DNA from: Paramecium tetraurelia
Taxonomy: Eukaryota
Direction of reading: 5' to 3'
Assembly (NCBI GenBank): GCA_000165425.1
Contig: CT868208.1
Coordinates: forward strand, 62,001 to 126,000
DNA: 64,000 nucleotides
Both the position numbers and the translations under genes were made by a program. The notes beneath the pieces were generated by a model. It had not been told where the DNA came from. It ran no database searches and saw only the letters and a list, made by a program, of their open reading frames with translations. Position 1 is the first letter of the stretch, and each line of letters starts with the position of its first letter. This document shows, piece by piece, positions 41,278 through 53,712 of this stretch.

Positions 41278-42754
41278 ATGATGATGAAATCAATCAAGAA
41301 GAACATAGAAAATCTATATCCATAATTTACTGTTGTCGAAGTGCTTCGCTATAATAAATTCAAAAAAACTATTATCCTTAGAAGAGTTAATTAGCCTTAC
41401 ATCTTAAGGTTGTACAGTTTAGAAGGAGTTAATAAGGATAAAGTAATTTCTTTAATCCAATTAATTAATAAACTATCTAAGACTTGTAGTCCTCATATAG
41501 CTAAATTTTATGAGGCCTCTCATGATGCAAATAACACTTATTTAGGGTATTTTGATATATAAATTATAAGAGTGATAAGCTAATACATTGACACTCAATA
41601 TTAATGTCCCTTAAATGAATAAGAAATCCTTTATATTCTAATTCAGGTAATTTAGATCAAGACTATTAGGCTTGTTCTGCAATTGAATTATTTCATCCTA
41701 AGCATTCTCATGGAAAAATAAGTTTATCAAATCTATTCTGCTCTTAAAAAACTACAATATTGGGGGATATGAATATTTTGTATTATCTTCATTAAGATAA
41801 CTATTAAGATATATATTTATTAGCTCCAGAATTTGTAAAATAAAAAATTTATGATTGTAAATCTGACATATGGATGCTTGGAGTATTGGTTTATTAACTA
41901 ATGTTTAAAGAACAACCATTTAAAGCCAATAATATCAATGTATTACATAGACAAATACTAAAAGGGATTAAATTTATATATCATCCATAATATAGTCTAA
42001 ATTTAAATAATTTGTTAAGAATACTGCTCTCCTATGATCCTGAACTGAGACCCACCATAAGTTCAATTAGAACTTTCGCAGAGTAAGCTTTGATAAGTTC
42101 AGAAAAGTGCGATATTTTCTAAATCTTACCAAAATATAAGGTGGATCAAGTCATATTACAAAAGAAGAAAAAAGATAGTAAACGTAATGTGAGGGATACC
42201 TAAATTTATCTGAATGATCAAACTTTGAAGTATCCTTCATTTAAACCTTCTAAAATCCTAAAATAGGAGAAGAAGATTTACCAAACAAATCCATCCCCTC
42301 AACGTCAAGGAGAGAACTCGAATAATAATGATAGTTCTGTGGAGATTTAACAATAATTTCCGACATTGCAGCTGGAATAATAGATAGAGAGTAAAAAGAA
42401 TTTATCTTTTACTGAGAAATACTCTCAATCATCAAAAAAGAAACTGAATTACTCTTAGAGTTCTCAAAAACAATAACAAATAAGTTAGGAATCCCTTTAT
42501 CCTGTTCAATTACCGAAAGTGCTGTAATATTCATTTAATAAGATTAAATTCCGACATGAATTGAGTCCCACAAAATTTCAGAATGAAACAGATTAGTAAT
42601 ATGCTGAATATTCTTTAGTTAGGAGAAAGGTCCAAGTAGTTTTCTTCAGTATCAAGACAAGCATGTGGAATAAAAAATTAGGAGATCTCCTCCTAAAATG
42701 CTATTCCATCCATATGTGGAATCGGCTTAGAGATCTTTCAGTTAAAGACAATGA
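41278..42754 (+). CDS. NEK-like probable pseudokinase
   Basis: PHIAKFYEAS, HGKISLSNLF, LGDMN, LAPEF, YDCKSDIWMLG; no Gly loop, VAIK lysine or HRD. Confidence 0.8.
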
Positions 42755-42951
42755 ATTTTCATTTTTATTTACTTCTAACATGTGATGATTAATTTGTAGT
42801 TTTTGCTGCGAATATATAAAATAATATATAAATTTTAAACTTTACTAATTTAAATTATAATCATTATTTTTATAGAATTTGATATAATTAATTTAGTAAA
42901 GGATTAATTGAAATTATGTGATATTTATATTATAAATTAAATAATTAACAC

Positions 42952-44504
42952 ATGATTTAAGCCGATTCCGATTCAAGTAGAAGAGTAGCATACTTTTATA
43001 ATAGATTGATAGGGAAATTTCATTATGGTAAGGAACATCCTATGAAACCGAAACGTATCGCGATGGCCCATAGCCTAATAGTAAATTTTGGGTAGTTGAA
43101 ACCTTATATAAAGATAGACTATACAGATCATTGGATGTCTATTTGATTAGAGAAGCACAATTAGAAGAATTACAAAAATTCCATGATCCTGAATATGTCA
43201 CTTATTTAAGTTAGTATATGAGTGAAAATAAGGTAAACTTTGTAAAGGAATATTGTTCAACAAATAACGATGGGGTAATACCTGAGAATTTGTTGGAAGA
43301 GTACAGATTAATAACTAAATGGAGTCAAAATAAGAATACTAAAAATCTGAATTCTGAGTACAAAGTAGGAGACTCAGCCGATAATCCTACATTTTCAGGA
43401 CTTTTCTCTTATTGTTAATTTAGTGCAGGGGCAAGTATTGATTGTGCCCATACAATACTAACCGGGTAAGCAGATATAGCAATCAATTGGTCAGGCGGAT
43501 TGCATCATGCTAAGAAGAAGGAGGCAGCTGGATTTTGTTACATAAATGACATAGTATTGTGCATTTTAGAGTTATTAAGAATATATGTTCGAGTATTGTA
43601 TGTAGATATTGATTGTCATCATGGCGATGGAGTTGAAGAAGCCTTTTATTTGACCAATAGAGTTATGACTTTGTCATTTCATTAATATGGAGATGATTTC
43701 TTTCCAGGAACAGGATAATTGAATTCAGTAGGATTAGGAGTAGGCAGATATTATGCAGTCAATGTGCCATTAAAGCCAGGAATATCTGACGAACCTTACT
43801 TAGATTTATTTAAGAAAGTGACCAGCAGAGTGATGGAAACATTTCGTCCTGATTGTGTTGTTATGTAATGTGGTGCAGATTCATTATCACTGGATCGATT
43901 AGGGGCTTTGAATTTATCCATCAAGTAAATTGAATATTACAATTAAAAAGAGGACATGGATAATGCATTTCCTATATGAAATAATTTGGAATTCCATTGA
44001 TTCTTTTGGGAGGAGGAGGTTATACAATTTAGAATGTGTCTAGATGTTGGGCTTACGAGACTGGCATATGTTTAGGACAAACTATTGATTAGGTATGTAA
44101 ATATATCACTACTGAATGTAGTCTATCCCATCTAATGATGTATATTACAAAAATTATGGCGGAGATTATCATCTACACTTTCCAATTCAAAAGAATGTTG
44201 AAAACAAAAATAAAGCTGAAGATTTAAACAAAATAGTATCTTAGGTGTATGATCATTTGCATAACTTAGAAAATGCACCAGGTATTCATTTTCATGATGT
44301 CCCATATTCATTCTATCCAAATATGGAATTGGAGAAAGATGAAGATAATAAAATGAGTATTTAAAATATCTATTTATTGTAGAAATGGATGTGAAATAGG
44401 AGATATCTTTATTTGAATTGGAAAAGAATCTAGGAATATCAGATGAAGCCCATGAAATATCAGTAAATTCTGGTTCCAGAAAACTACATTCAAAAGAATC
44501 CTGA
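42952..44504 (+). CDS. Class I histone deacetylase (RPD3/HDAC1-3 family)
   Basis: [59 protein letters not shown]. Confidence 0.97.
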
Positions 44505-44518
44505 AATTGCTCATATTT

Positions 44519-44534
44519 ATATATATATATATAT
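44519..44534. repeat. (TA)n microsatellite between convergent 3' ends
   Basis: atatatatatatatat. Confidence 0.6.
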
Positions 44535-44607
44535 AGATATGTATCTATAATAGAGACATTTATCATTTTTTACTAAACTTAGTCATCTTTGTTGTCTAAA
44601 AAACTGA

Positions 44608-46025
44608 TCATGATTGCTTTTATATTGAAGCTGATTGTTGTGGAATATTTTTCTGAACCTATATCAATTATCTCAAACTTTAAAGATTTTGTTTGGTAAA
44701 TTGAAGATTTTATTTGTTATTCGAAGTTGATTATTCTTAATTAACAATAGGATATTCATCATTTTCAATCTGTTATAATTAGGTTTAAATTTTACTCCTT
44801 AAGATTTATATTAAATTAATTTACTTATAAGTACTATTCGTATTAGTGTTAAGAGTGTTTTCATTTGTCAAAAACGGATGATTTTATAGTTCAATTGAGG
44901 TTATTCTCTTTTTTGGATCAGGTTCTAGAGTGCGTTATAGACAGTCTTAGCAATTTCGAGATAATTTAGTATTAAAATCTGTTGGGATCATTAATCGAGC
45001 TTCTGAGATTTGAGTGATAATTTCCCTTTTGGTGTTACCATTAAATGGTAGAGTTCCAAATAGCATTTTATATAGTATTACACCCATGGACCATACATCC
45101 ACTTATGGAGAGACACCTTTATCCATTCCTAAGCGAATACATCATATGTATACCTTTAAATAATTCCGGAGCCATATATCGAAGACTACCTGCATCTGCA
45201 TTTTCAGGGTTGCCATTTGAAGATAAACCAGAAATACCAAAGCAAATACATTTAATTACTCCTGAATCTTTACTTGTTAACAATAATTTTTCTAATTTTA
45301 GATCGCCATGAATTATTTTCTTTTAGTGGCAATATGAAATAGCACTAGCAAGCTATTTAAGATAATGTCTAGCTTCACTTTCCTCAAATTTACCTTTTGT
45401 TTATAAGTATTATTGCAAATCACCTCCTTCCAAGTACTCCATAATATACACCATTTAAAAATTTTGCAAATAGAATGCATCATAAATCTTTACTATGCTA
45501 TCATGCTTTAAAGCATCTCCAAAAATCACGTCATCATCCTACATTTAATTAGTTATTACTTAAGCATTAGTCGATGATTATTTCATAATTTTGATTGCTA
45601 CTTTTTCTCCTGTTTTTTTGTGTCTACCTAGAAGAACCTTACTAAATCCTCTATCTCCAATATCTTAAAGTAGTTCATATTCTGCCTATTAAAATATTTC
45701 ATCAAATTCTTCACCTAATATTGATATTGACTTTAAATCATACCCTCAGAGGCAAACAAGACAGTTCCATTTTTAACATAATCGAGATCATCTTCTGTTA
45801 TCTCCACTCCTTCTTGATTAAATAAACGTAGACGATTAAAATATGCGTCCCATTTTTATTGCAACGATTAACTAATTTCACTAAATTTTGTATTTTTTCT
45901 TATGGTAATAGTGCAACATAAATTTGAATCACCATTTCGTTATATTTTTATCTAATTCCATACTGTATATCTATTACATCTTTGTTGTTTGATGCAGACA
46001 CATAATCCTCAAAAATTGGATCCAT
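44608..46025 (-). CDS. CAMK/AMPK-like kinase with N-terminal DCX/KHA-like (ubiquitin-fold) region; DFG replaced by CFG
   Basis: RLFNQEGVEITEDDLDYVKNGTVLFASEG; VAIK; IHGDLKLEN; KCICFGIS; GSLRYMAPE; 3' end approximate. Confidence 0.85.
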
Positions 46026-46171
46026 ATTTATATTTTAATTACATATATATTGATTGATATTTCATAATCATAATAGAGAGCTGAAATTAAAAAAGATTAT
46101 CCTTTTCATCATCAACAAAATAGTTGTAAAAATTCATTTATTTATTGCAATAAAATATATATATTAATTCA

Positions 46172-46820
46172 ATGAAAATGAAAATGGATTTCTTAACGTA
46201 TTTTAAAGGTAGAACCTCCAAATTAACTAAGAGAGAAGGACTCAATGGAGTCTTAAGATCTAATTGCATTCCTATTGAAAAAGCTCCAGGGTCGAATTCA
46301 TTTGATTAAAATAGTTCTATTATAAACTACTCTGATGTAGAGAGATAATCCAACAATTCTAGTGATATAAATGTTATTCACAACAATCCTTAGATAATTA
46401 CAAACATTGCAGTATTAAAAAAAACTAGAAAGTTATCACAAGTATCCCCCTTAAAACAAAACAATAAATTATATAACTTCCTGCAATCTCGCAACGAATA
46501 ATTCTAATTTCCACTCTCTGAAACTGGAGCAGTCAATCTTAACGATTACTAAATAATAGCTATCCCAAAAAGTGTAGTATGTAATAAAATTATACTAAAA
46601 TCTAGAATATGGATTCAAAATAAGACGTGATGATTAAGTTTAGCCAGAATAAAGAGCTCCTAGTATGATTAGGAGGAGAGAAATCAATTCAAGGTCTTCT
46701 TCATTAGATTGCAAATTCCAAAAGCCTCTGAATAAATCGGAAATAATTAGTTCGAGATGGGATGGTTCCAGTAGATAGAAGCGAAGGTTTGTTGCTGCGG
46801 GGTTGAATTCTATTTAATGA
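46172..46820 (+). CDS. Hypothetical protein
   Basis: MKMKMDFLTYFKGRTSKLTKREG...; one tiny intron; TGA at 46818-46820. Confidence 0.65.
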
Positions 46821-47021
46821 GCAATCCCATCTTATGGCTGATAATAATTAGTAGATTTCCAATTCCATATGTTTCTATAAAAATATTAATTATTTTTGTG
46901 TAATTATTAATTAGGTTTAGAGGGACAAAGAGTCAGTGTTCTGAGTTGGATTGGGAAGATGGAAGATCACACAGTTAAATATAAACAAATTAATATATGT
47001 ATACGTTTTGCCATCATTTAA

Positions 47022-47384
47022 TCACTCAAGCTTATAATTCTTGATCGATTCTTGCTTTTCCATCTTAGGTCAGTTGTACAGTGATCACCAATTTGACTCT
47101 TTTTCTTCCATCAATATCGGCTGTGAAAGAATTAATTTTAGTTATTGTAATTAAACCTAGAGAATAGGATTCAAAATACCTTATCTCTACAGATTTTCAG
47201 CTACTCTAACACTGATCTTTGTGGCTTCACCTAATGCATGTAATTCAACACTATTGAATTTCTTCAAAAATATTTTTGTGATGAAAATGAATTCCTTAGC
47301 ACTTTTCTTTGATGACACGTGCAATTCGTTATTGGTTGGATCAAGTCTTTATTTTTGAGGTCTTTATGTCTATTAGGTGCTCAT
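47022..47384 (-). CDS. Alba family DNA/RNA-binding protein
   Basis: NELHVSSKKS...FLKKFNSVELHALGEATKISVRVAENL...KLVITVQL. Confidence 0.9.
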
Positions 47385-47703
47385 TATATATTTAAAAAAA
47401 TAAATATCTAATTTTTAATATAATAGCAATATAATTTATTAAAACCCTCTATATTTTCATTATGGATTCTCCTTCTCAACCTGAAGGTCCTCTTGGCACC
47501 TAATATTGATAGATCACAATTCTCAAACGCATAAAAATCTCGAAAGTTGAAATGTTAATTAATTGCGCTATTTGTCTTTGTTGAATCCTTCACAGGAGAT
47601 TCTGAACTCTGCAACAGTCATCAAGTTAATATGATTTTCTAAGTTCTATGCAATATGATTATTATATTAAAATACGTGTGAGTTATAATAAAAATAAAAA
47701 ATA

Positions 47704-47776
47704 TGGAGCAACCGAGCTTCGATCTCAGCGCCTCATGCATGCTAAGCATACGCTCTACCAAATGAGCTATTACCCC
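47704..47776 (-). tRNA. tRNA-Ala(AGC)
   Basis: GGGGTAA/TTGCTCC acceptor stem with G3:U70; D-arm GCTC..GAGC; anticodon loop TTAGCAT; T-loop ATCGAAG; oligo-T tract downstream. Confidence 0.95.
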
Positions 47777-48024
47777 ACGTTCGAATATTTGGCTATGATT
47801 ATCTAGATGAAATGTTTGATTAGTTAATGTGAATTGGTGTTATGGAATTTGAATATTTATAAATAGCATTTGTCGTTAAAAACACTAACCGAATTGTGAA
47901 ATATTCTTTTTTAAATTGCGTGATTTAAACAAGAATATATATAATTCAAATTTAAATTTGACGGAAAAATGATTGATCTTAAATAATATTTGTTTTATTT
48001 TATTTTCCCTCACTTTCAAAAAAG

Positions 48025-48415
48025 ATGGCCAGAACCAAAGAAGGCAAAGAGATGTCAAAGAAAAGCATCGCTAAAACCTCAGGGAAAAAAATGAAATCCA
48101 AAAGAAAGGAAAGAAAACCACATAGGTTCCGACCTGGAACAGTTGCTTTGAAGGAAATCAGGAAATTCCAAGAGAGCTCTCGTTTATTAATAAGGAAGAT
48201 TCCTTTTTAGAGATTAATAAGAGAGATAGCAGGAGTGAATGAAAAAGAAATGAGATTCCAAAGTAGCGCCATATTTGCCTTATAAGAGGCAACGGAAGCA
48301 TTTATAGTTAACCTCTTAGAAGACAGCGTTCTTTGTGCACATCACGCCAAAAGAATGACTGTAACTGCAAAGAGATATCAATTTAGCAAGAAGAATTAGA
48401 GGAGATGAATTTTGA
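48025..48415 (+). CDS. Divergent histone H3 variant with apparent +1 frameshift near 48365
   Basis: MARTK...[19 protein letters not shown]...PFQRLIREIA...[17 protein letters not shown]...HAKRMTV; conserved [14 protein letters not shown] lies in the +1 frame (48371-48415). Confidence 0.93.
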
Positions 48416-48449
48416 TTTTATTTCATAATATATTATGATACCTTCAAAC

Positions 48450-49011
48450 TCATGATTGCGATAAGATCAAGGATACAATTAAACCATATAATGCCAAAGC
48501 CTCTGCGAAAATGAGAATCAAAATCAATCCAACAAACAATCTCTCCTACTGTGCATTCCCTCGAACACCCACATCTCCCACAATGCCAATTGCAAAACCA
48601 GCTGCTATGCAACTGCAACCACAACATAATCCCGATGCCATATGTGCAAATCCAGACTTATATGAGTATTCCAAAGGGTTTTTCACTATTTTGGGTTACA
48701 AATCTCACACATACCTTTTTATGACAGCAAAACTGCGACGATCATACCATAAATACCCAAAATACCTGCCATAACTACTGGGATCAATGATTTCATAATT
48801 ATCTCAGGTTTCCAAATACCAATGGCTGCTATACCAGCACCTGCCTTGAATGTTCCATAACCTGCACCCAAATCTAAAAGAAGTAATTCCTTAAATTCAT
48901 ACTTGCCAACACTAAAGCCATTGTGACTCCCATAAAACCAAAAAATGAAGAAGCACTAATTGGAGTAGTGTCTGCTGCTGCACTAACCATGGTGTCAAGA
49001 ACGAAAAGCAT
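48450..49011 (-). CDS. V-type H+-ATPase 16-kDa proteolipid subunit c
   Basis: [53 protein letters not shown]; two tiny introns. Confidence 0.97.
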
Positions 49012-49411
49012 TTTATTTTATTTATTATTCAATATTTGTTTATTCAATAAATCATTTTACCATTAATAAGTAACTCTAAACAGAATTACAATACTTCTTA
49101 TTCGCTTTTTCTTAACTTTTCCCTTTTATTAAATACAATTCCAATCAATTAAACAAATACCAATAGGAAAAGAATAACTGTAAGCTTCATCTATTTGGTA
49201 ATTCAATTTGCCCCATTTCACATCTTTCTTAATATTGCCTCATCTTTGTAAATGAGGCAATTAATTGTAATTCAATATAACATCTACAAATGTATAAATC
49301 ATCATGTTTGCGTCCTTAGTACTTTCAAAGTGCTTTAAAAAATGATTGAGATGAAATATAAGCATTTTACTAAAAGACAATAATATTCGAATAATGATTA
49401 TAAATTTTAAT

Positions 49412-51668
49412 TCAATAAAAGATGCCTTGAACATAATATTGGTATTTATCGTACCATTTTGCTCTCCAATTATCTATGGACGAGTTAATGATGCTAAAAT
49501 ATAATTGAGTGATTCTACTTTTAACAAATAACATTTAATTTTTGATTATCGTCCTCATACAAAAAGAATCTCTCCTCCAATTGAGTAATGGATTTATCTC
49601 CTCTTTTAAAACATGGCATTGAGTTCTTATGTCCACAATACCTATTGATAGTTAATGTGTTACATCATTTTTACAAGTAACAAAATTCTATCACTGTGTT
49701 TCCTAAGGGCCATGAAACCTTTATAAAATAGTTCCCTGAACTTCTTAAATAGATCACTTTAAACACCACCAAGGATTTCAATTTATTCGCTCAACAATTT
49801 AAAAGGAACTTTATTCTCAATTTCAATTCCCTTCCCTGGAGCATTTCCTAAAAAGAATCCAAAATCTATATGAGCTAGATGGCCATCTCTTTTTAATAAT
49901 ATGTTCCCGTTATGTCTATCTTTAAGTTGAAGTATGTAACAGGCGAGAGAATATCCAACTAAGCTTTGCATAAAATTGGTTCGATGACGATCACTAAAAT
50001 TATGACTAATAATTGAACAGATATACTGATTACTCGAAGAATTAGCTTAATGTTTATTGTCTGTTCCATAATTATCGTTTTAATGAATCAATCGTAATAG
50101 CATCCTTCACCATTTCAATTAATCCATAATTGGGTCCCAACGAAATTACTTCGTAAATTGATAATCTCATAGGTAGATCCTCAATGATAAAGATTTAATC
50201 TATAGTAGATAAGAGTTGCATAGCAAACTGCTCCTATTTCAAATTGTCCCCTGATTTCACGATAAGATGAACCAATCTCCAGGATTTAAGATTACCAAAC
50301 AGAGATTAATCCTTGATCCTTTGTTCTTGGTCCTTAGCTGACTCCCCAAATAAGCTCTGGCCATCTTGTCCAAGTGGCATGCTTTTGCGTTGTCCATCCT
50401 ATACAAATGAACTCCCAACACTTACAAAATCTTCATTATTCTCTTTAGAAAATGATTGATAAACACTCTTCTCTTCAGCTTGTTCATCATTTCCAGGAGA
50501 ATAAAATTACACCGTTGGTGTTTCATCAATAATATCCTCGTCAATAATCTATAGTGGTTATTGTACCGAGATCTTATGAACATTTGGATCTATGAGATTA
50601 TCTAAGAATACTACATTTGTTTTAATCTAGGAAGATGGATCCATTGATTGACATCTTCTATTGCAGCATAGATTTATGCAGAGTGATCGCTTCAGATTGC
50701 TTATAGTCATTCCTCTGATCCTTCTCCACATCGGGCCTGTAGATCTCCAGACATATATAGAAGGGTGATCTTTCCTTGGTGGAGAATACTTTGGTTTCTG
50801 GTGCCACTATATTCAAGACTGCATAGTTTCTGATTTGCTCCTTAACAAAAGGAATGTATACAGAAGATGGTAGATTCTGATTAATTCTCTGGAGATCTGC
50901 CTTCAAAGATATTATTTAGGGGTAAGCTAGATGGAGTCTAATTATTAATATCGTTTACCTCTCAGATATTCTGATTATGTCATTCCAGAAATTGATAGTA
51001 GAAGAGAATCCACAGACTTTTTCCCTTGTTTAATTATCTACATTCACTGATAAGTACTATCCTAAATTAATTTCAGAGGCATTGACCTTGGGTGTTGTTT
51101 AATCATAGCCAGCAGTCCCATAAATTTAAATTCCCTCTTTGTTAGGATTATGGGAAATAAACTCTTTTCCATTGATCAGATATTCATCCCCATATTGTTC
51201 TTTCATTATTTTTGTGTATTCAATCAGAAAATCTTAAACTCCTTTCAGATTTATGACCTTTTTATTCACTATCTGCGATAAGGATTTTAATTGAAAGTAA
51301 GTCAAATGCGCAAAGTAAAAGTTATTTTAGCATGCGTCGAATAAAAACTATATTAACTCTTCGTGATTTCTTCTGAATACTAAGTAATTGATAAATTATG
51401 GTATATAATATTCTAAGTCCTCTCTTTTCTAACTCAACCAATTTGGATTCAATCTGACCTTTTCCAAATTCTTTTTGATAACTTCAATATCCTGGCCACC
51501 TTTATATAATTACAAAAGCACTGCCTTAGTACTTAATATATCACCCTAACTAAAATAACATTTTACTTCATCATCTATAATATGATTAGTAAAAAATGAA
51601 TCCGAATTTCTCCTTCTATTCGCAAAACAACAATAACTTGCATCTTCATGTATTTTAGAATTATTCAT
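49412..51668 (-). CDS. Phosphatidylinositol 4-kinase type III beta-like
   Basis: FSTKERSP, LIVKSGDNLKQEQFA, LQLKDRHNGNIL, HIDFGF, ENKVPFKL; ends GIFY*. Confidence 0.95.
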
Positions 51669-51829
51669 CTTGATTTTCTTAATTTATTTATTATTATTTA
51701 CATAAAACTCGTTATTATATAACTTAAACAATTATAGTTCCATATTTATTCAACCTTAAAACTAAATTTAATAGATTTATAATATGAAGAACAAATCATT
51801 CATAAATCCGAGTAATCATATTTGATTTG

Positions 51830-53712
51830 TCAATAGTTATAGAATATTGCCAGTTTCACGTCGTTTATTTGTTTTTGATTGAGACTTCTGTTATCTGCAA
51901 CTATACGCTTTACCATCCAACTCCACAATCCTTCTTTACACTAATGATATAATTCAATTAAGATTACAATTTATGGTAGCATACACTTTTGATGTGAATT
52001 TTTCAACTTCAAATATTTGTTAACATACGATATCCATTCCGAATGACAAGTAGATGTGCAAATGTTCAACTTCTAAATTCGGAGTAGATTTCTTATTTTA
52101 ATTTAAACCCCTCTCTGTCTTTAAATCTGAATTTTAATTAATTATTCTAGTTTTCATTTAATTAATTGGTGACGCATTAACATGTTATGATTTCTTATTT
52201 AAGTTTTAACTGCTTTATCTGCATCTTGGCAAGACCTCCTTGGAATCCTTGATGAATAACTAATAGATATTCTTCTGTTTATCAAACGCATCAAAATTAC
52301 CAATATGTATTCCATAATTTACGATGGAGCCATTGCTGTATGGAACTATCTTCTGTTGGATGTTGCTTTTATTTTACTCATCTAAGTCAACCAATTAAAG
52401 AGATAGTTTCTTTGCACTCTTGGGTTTAACTATCAAAATGTGGAATTGATTCATTAAACTAAAATAATCTGGAAACATCTCAATTAATAGATTTTAACCA
52501 ATATTATTTGCAGATATGTCAAATTGCAAAGGCATTGTCAGAAATCCCTTCTTTGCTGCCTTAATTACAATACTCCTCAACTCAAGATTTTAAATTACTA
52601 TTGTGCCATTTTTATTAGTCTGTCCAACAACCTTGCCATCAATACTGATATCAACATTATCAAGGATGGACTAATCTATGATGTTCTTGCTAGTAATTTT
52701 CAATATCGTTTTCTAGATTTTAATCATCTCGACTTCCTATTTATATTCTCCAAATCCTTTTGTGATTAAGATATGCTACTTAGGATAGAAATCTAATTTC
52801 TCAATACTTACAATATATTCCATTTATGGTTTAGTCCAAAATCTATATTCTCCATTAAAATTAATGGGCATCCCATTTACTAAGAATTTATCTGCCTCGA
52901 TCAATTTCCCTTGATGAATCAGTTTATATTTGGCCTATATGATATCATTTCTTTCCAATTCTATGACATTTTCATTGAAATTTACATCTTAATGTACATA
53001 TTTAAAATGCTTTCCTTAGACATCAACAATGAAATCGTTATTCAAAGGCAGATCTTTAAAATTAATAAAGTTAGATGTAAGCTTCTTGTTAATGGTGATC
53101 AATTTAGCTGGAATATGCGATTTGTCATTCATTTACAGCTTATCTTTCTAAGATATTGTAATAAAAGCATCTTCGAACAAATTATTCAATTGACCTCCCA
53201 AAGCAATCACATCCTAATTTTGACATACAAATTTAATGTTGATTGTTCCTCTCTCAATGTAGAGTTTCAGCAATTCTAAAATATGTTAAGTATTTGTGAA
53301 GGGCTTGTTGAACAACACTACCTTATGTTTCTGATTGTAAAGTTGAATCTAGCACAACAATTCCGCAGATTGAGATATTCGTTTCTCCAATATAGTTATC
53401 CAAGGATATTTTCGTCTTATATTGTAAATCAATTCCTGAACATAATGCTCTACTTTTATTTCCTATTGTTAAAAAGGGTCATAAAATTAATCAACAGTAT
53501 ATTTAATTGAGATGATGGTTTCATCCTGATTTAATAACTTAAATTCAGCAAAGTCCTTAAAAATTCATAGATATCATTACTTCAAATTCTGTTTCATCAT
53601 TAATTTTAACGATCTCCTCTTGCAATTACTCTTTTCGCTATTTAACAAAGGTGTAGGTTTTATCTTATGAAAATGAGTTTAAAGTATAAAATTTGGTAAG
53701 GGAATTTTTCAT
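51830..53712 (-). CDS. Hypothetical protein with PEGA/carboxypeptidase-regulatory-like beta-sandwich segment
   Basis: MKNSLTKFY...; ISIDGKVVGQTNKNGTIVIQNL...IKAAKKGF; 3' end uncertain (about 51815-51955). Confidence 0.7.

Noticed and set aside
41049..41512. Long TGA-free frame overlapping the start of the NEK-like gene
   Set aside because: With a single stop codon long spurious frames are common; the kinase motifs are in another frame
47704..47776. ATCG instead of TTCG in the tRNA-Ala T-loop
   Set aside because: A54 is a known feature of some eukaryotic tRNA-Ala; stems and G3:U70 are intact
48025..48415. Calling the H3 variant CenH3/CENP-A
   Set aside because: Loop 1 has canonical length, Q68 and F84 are retained, and the ARTK start is kept
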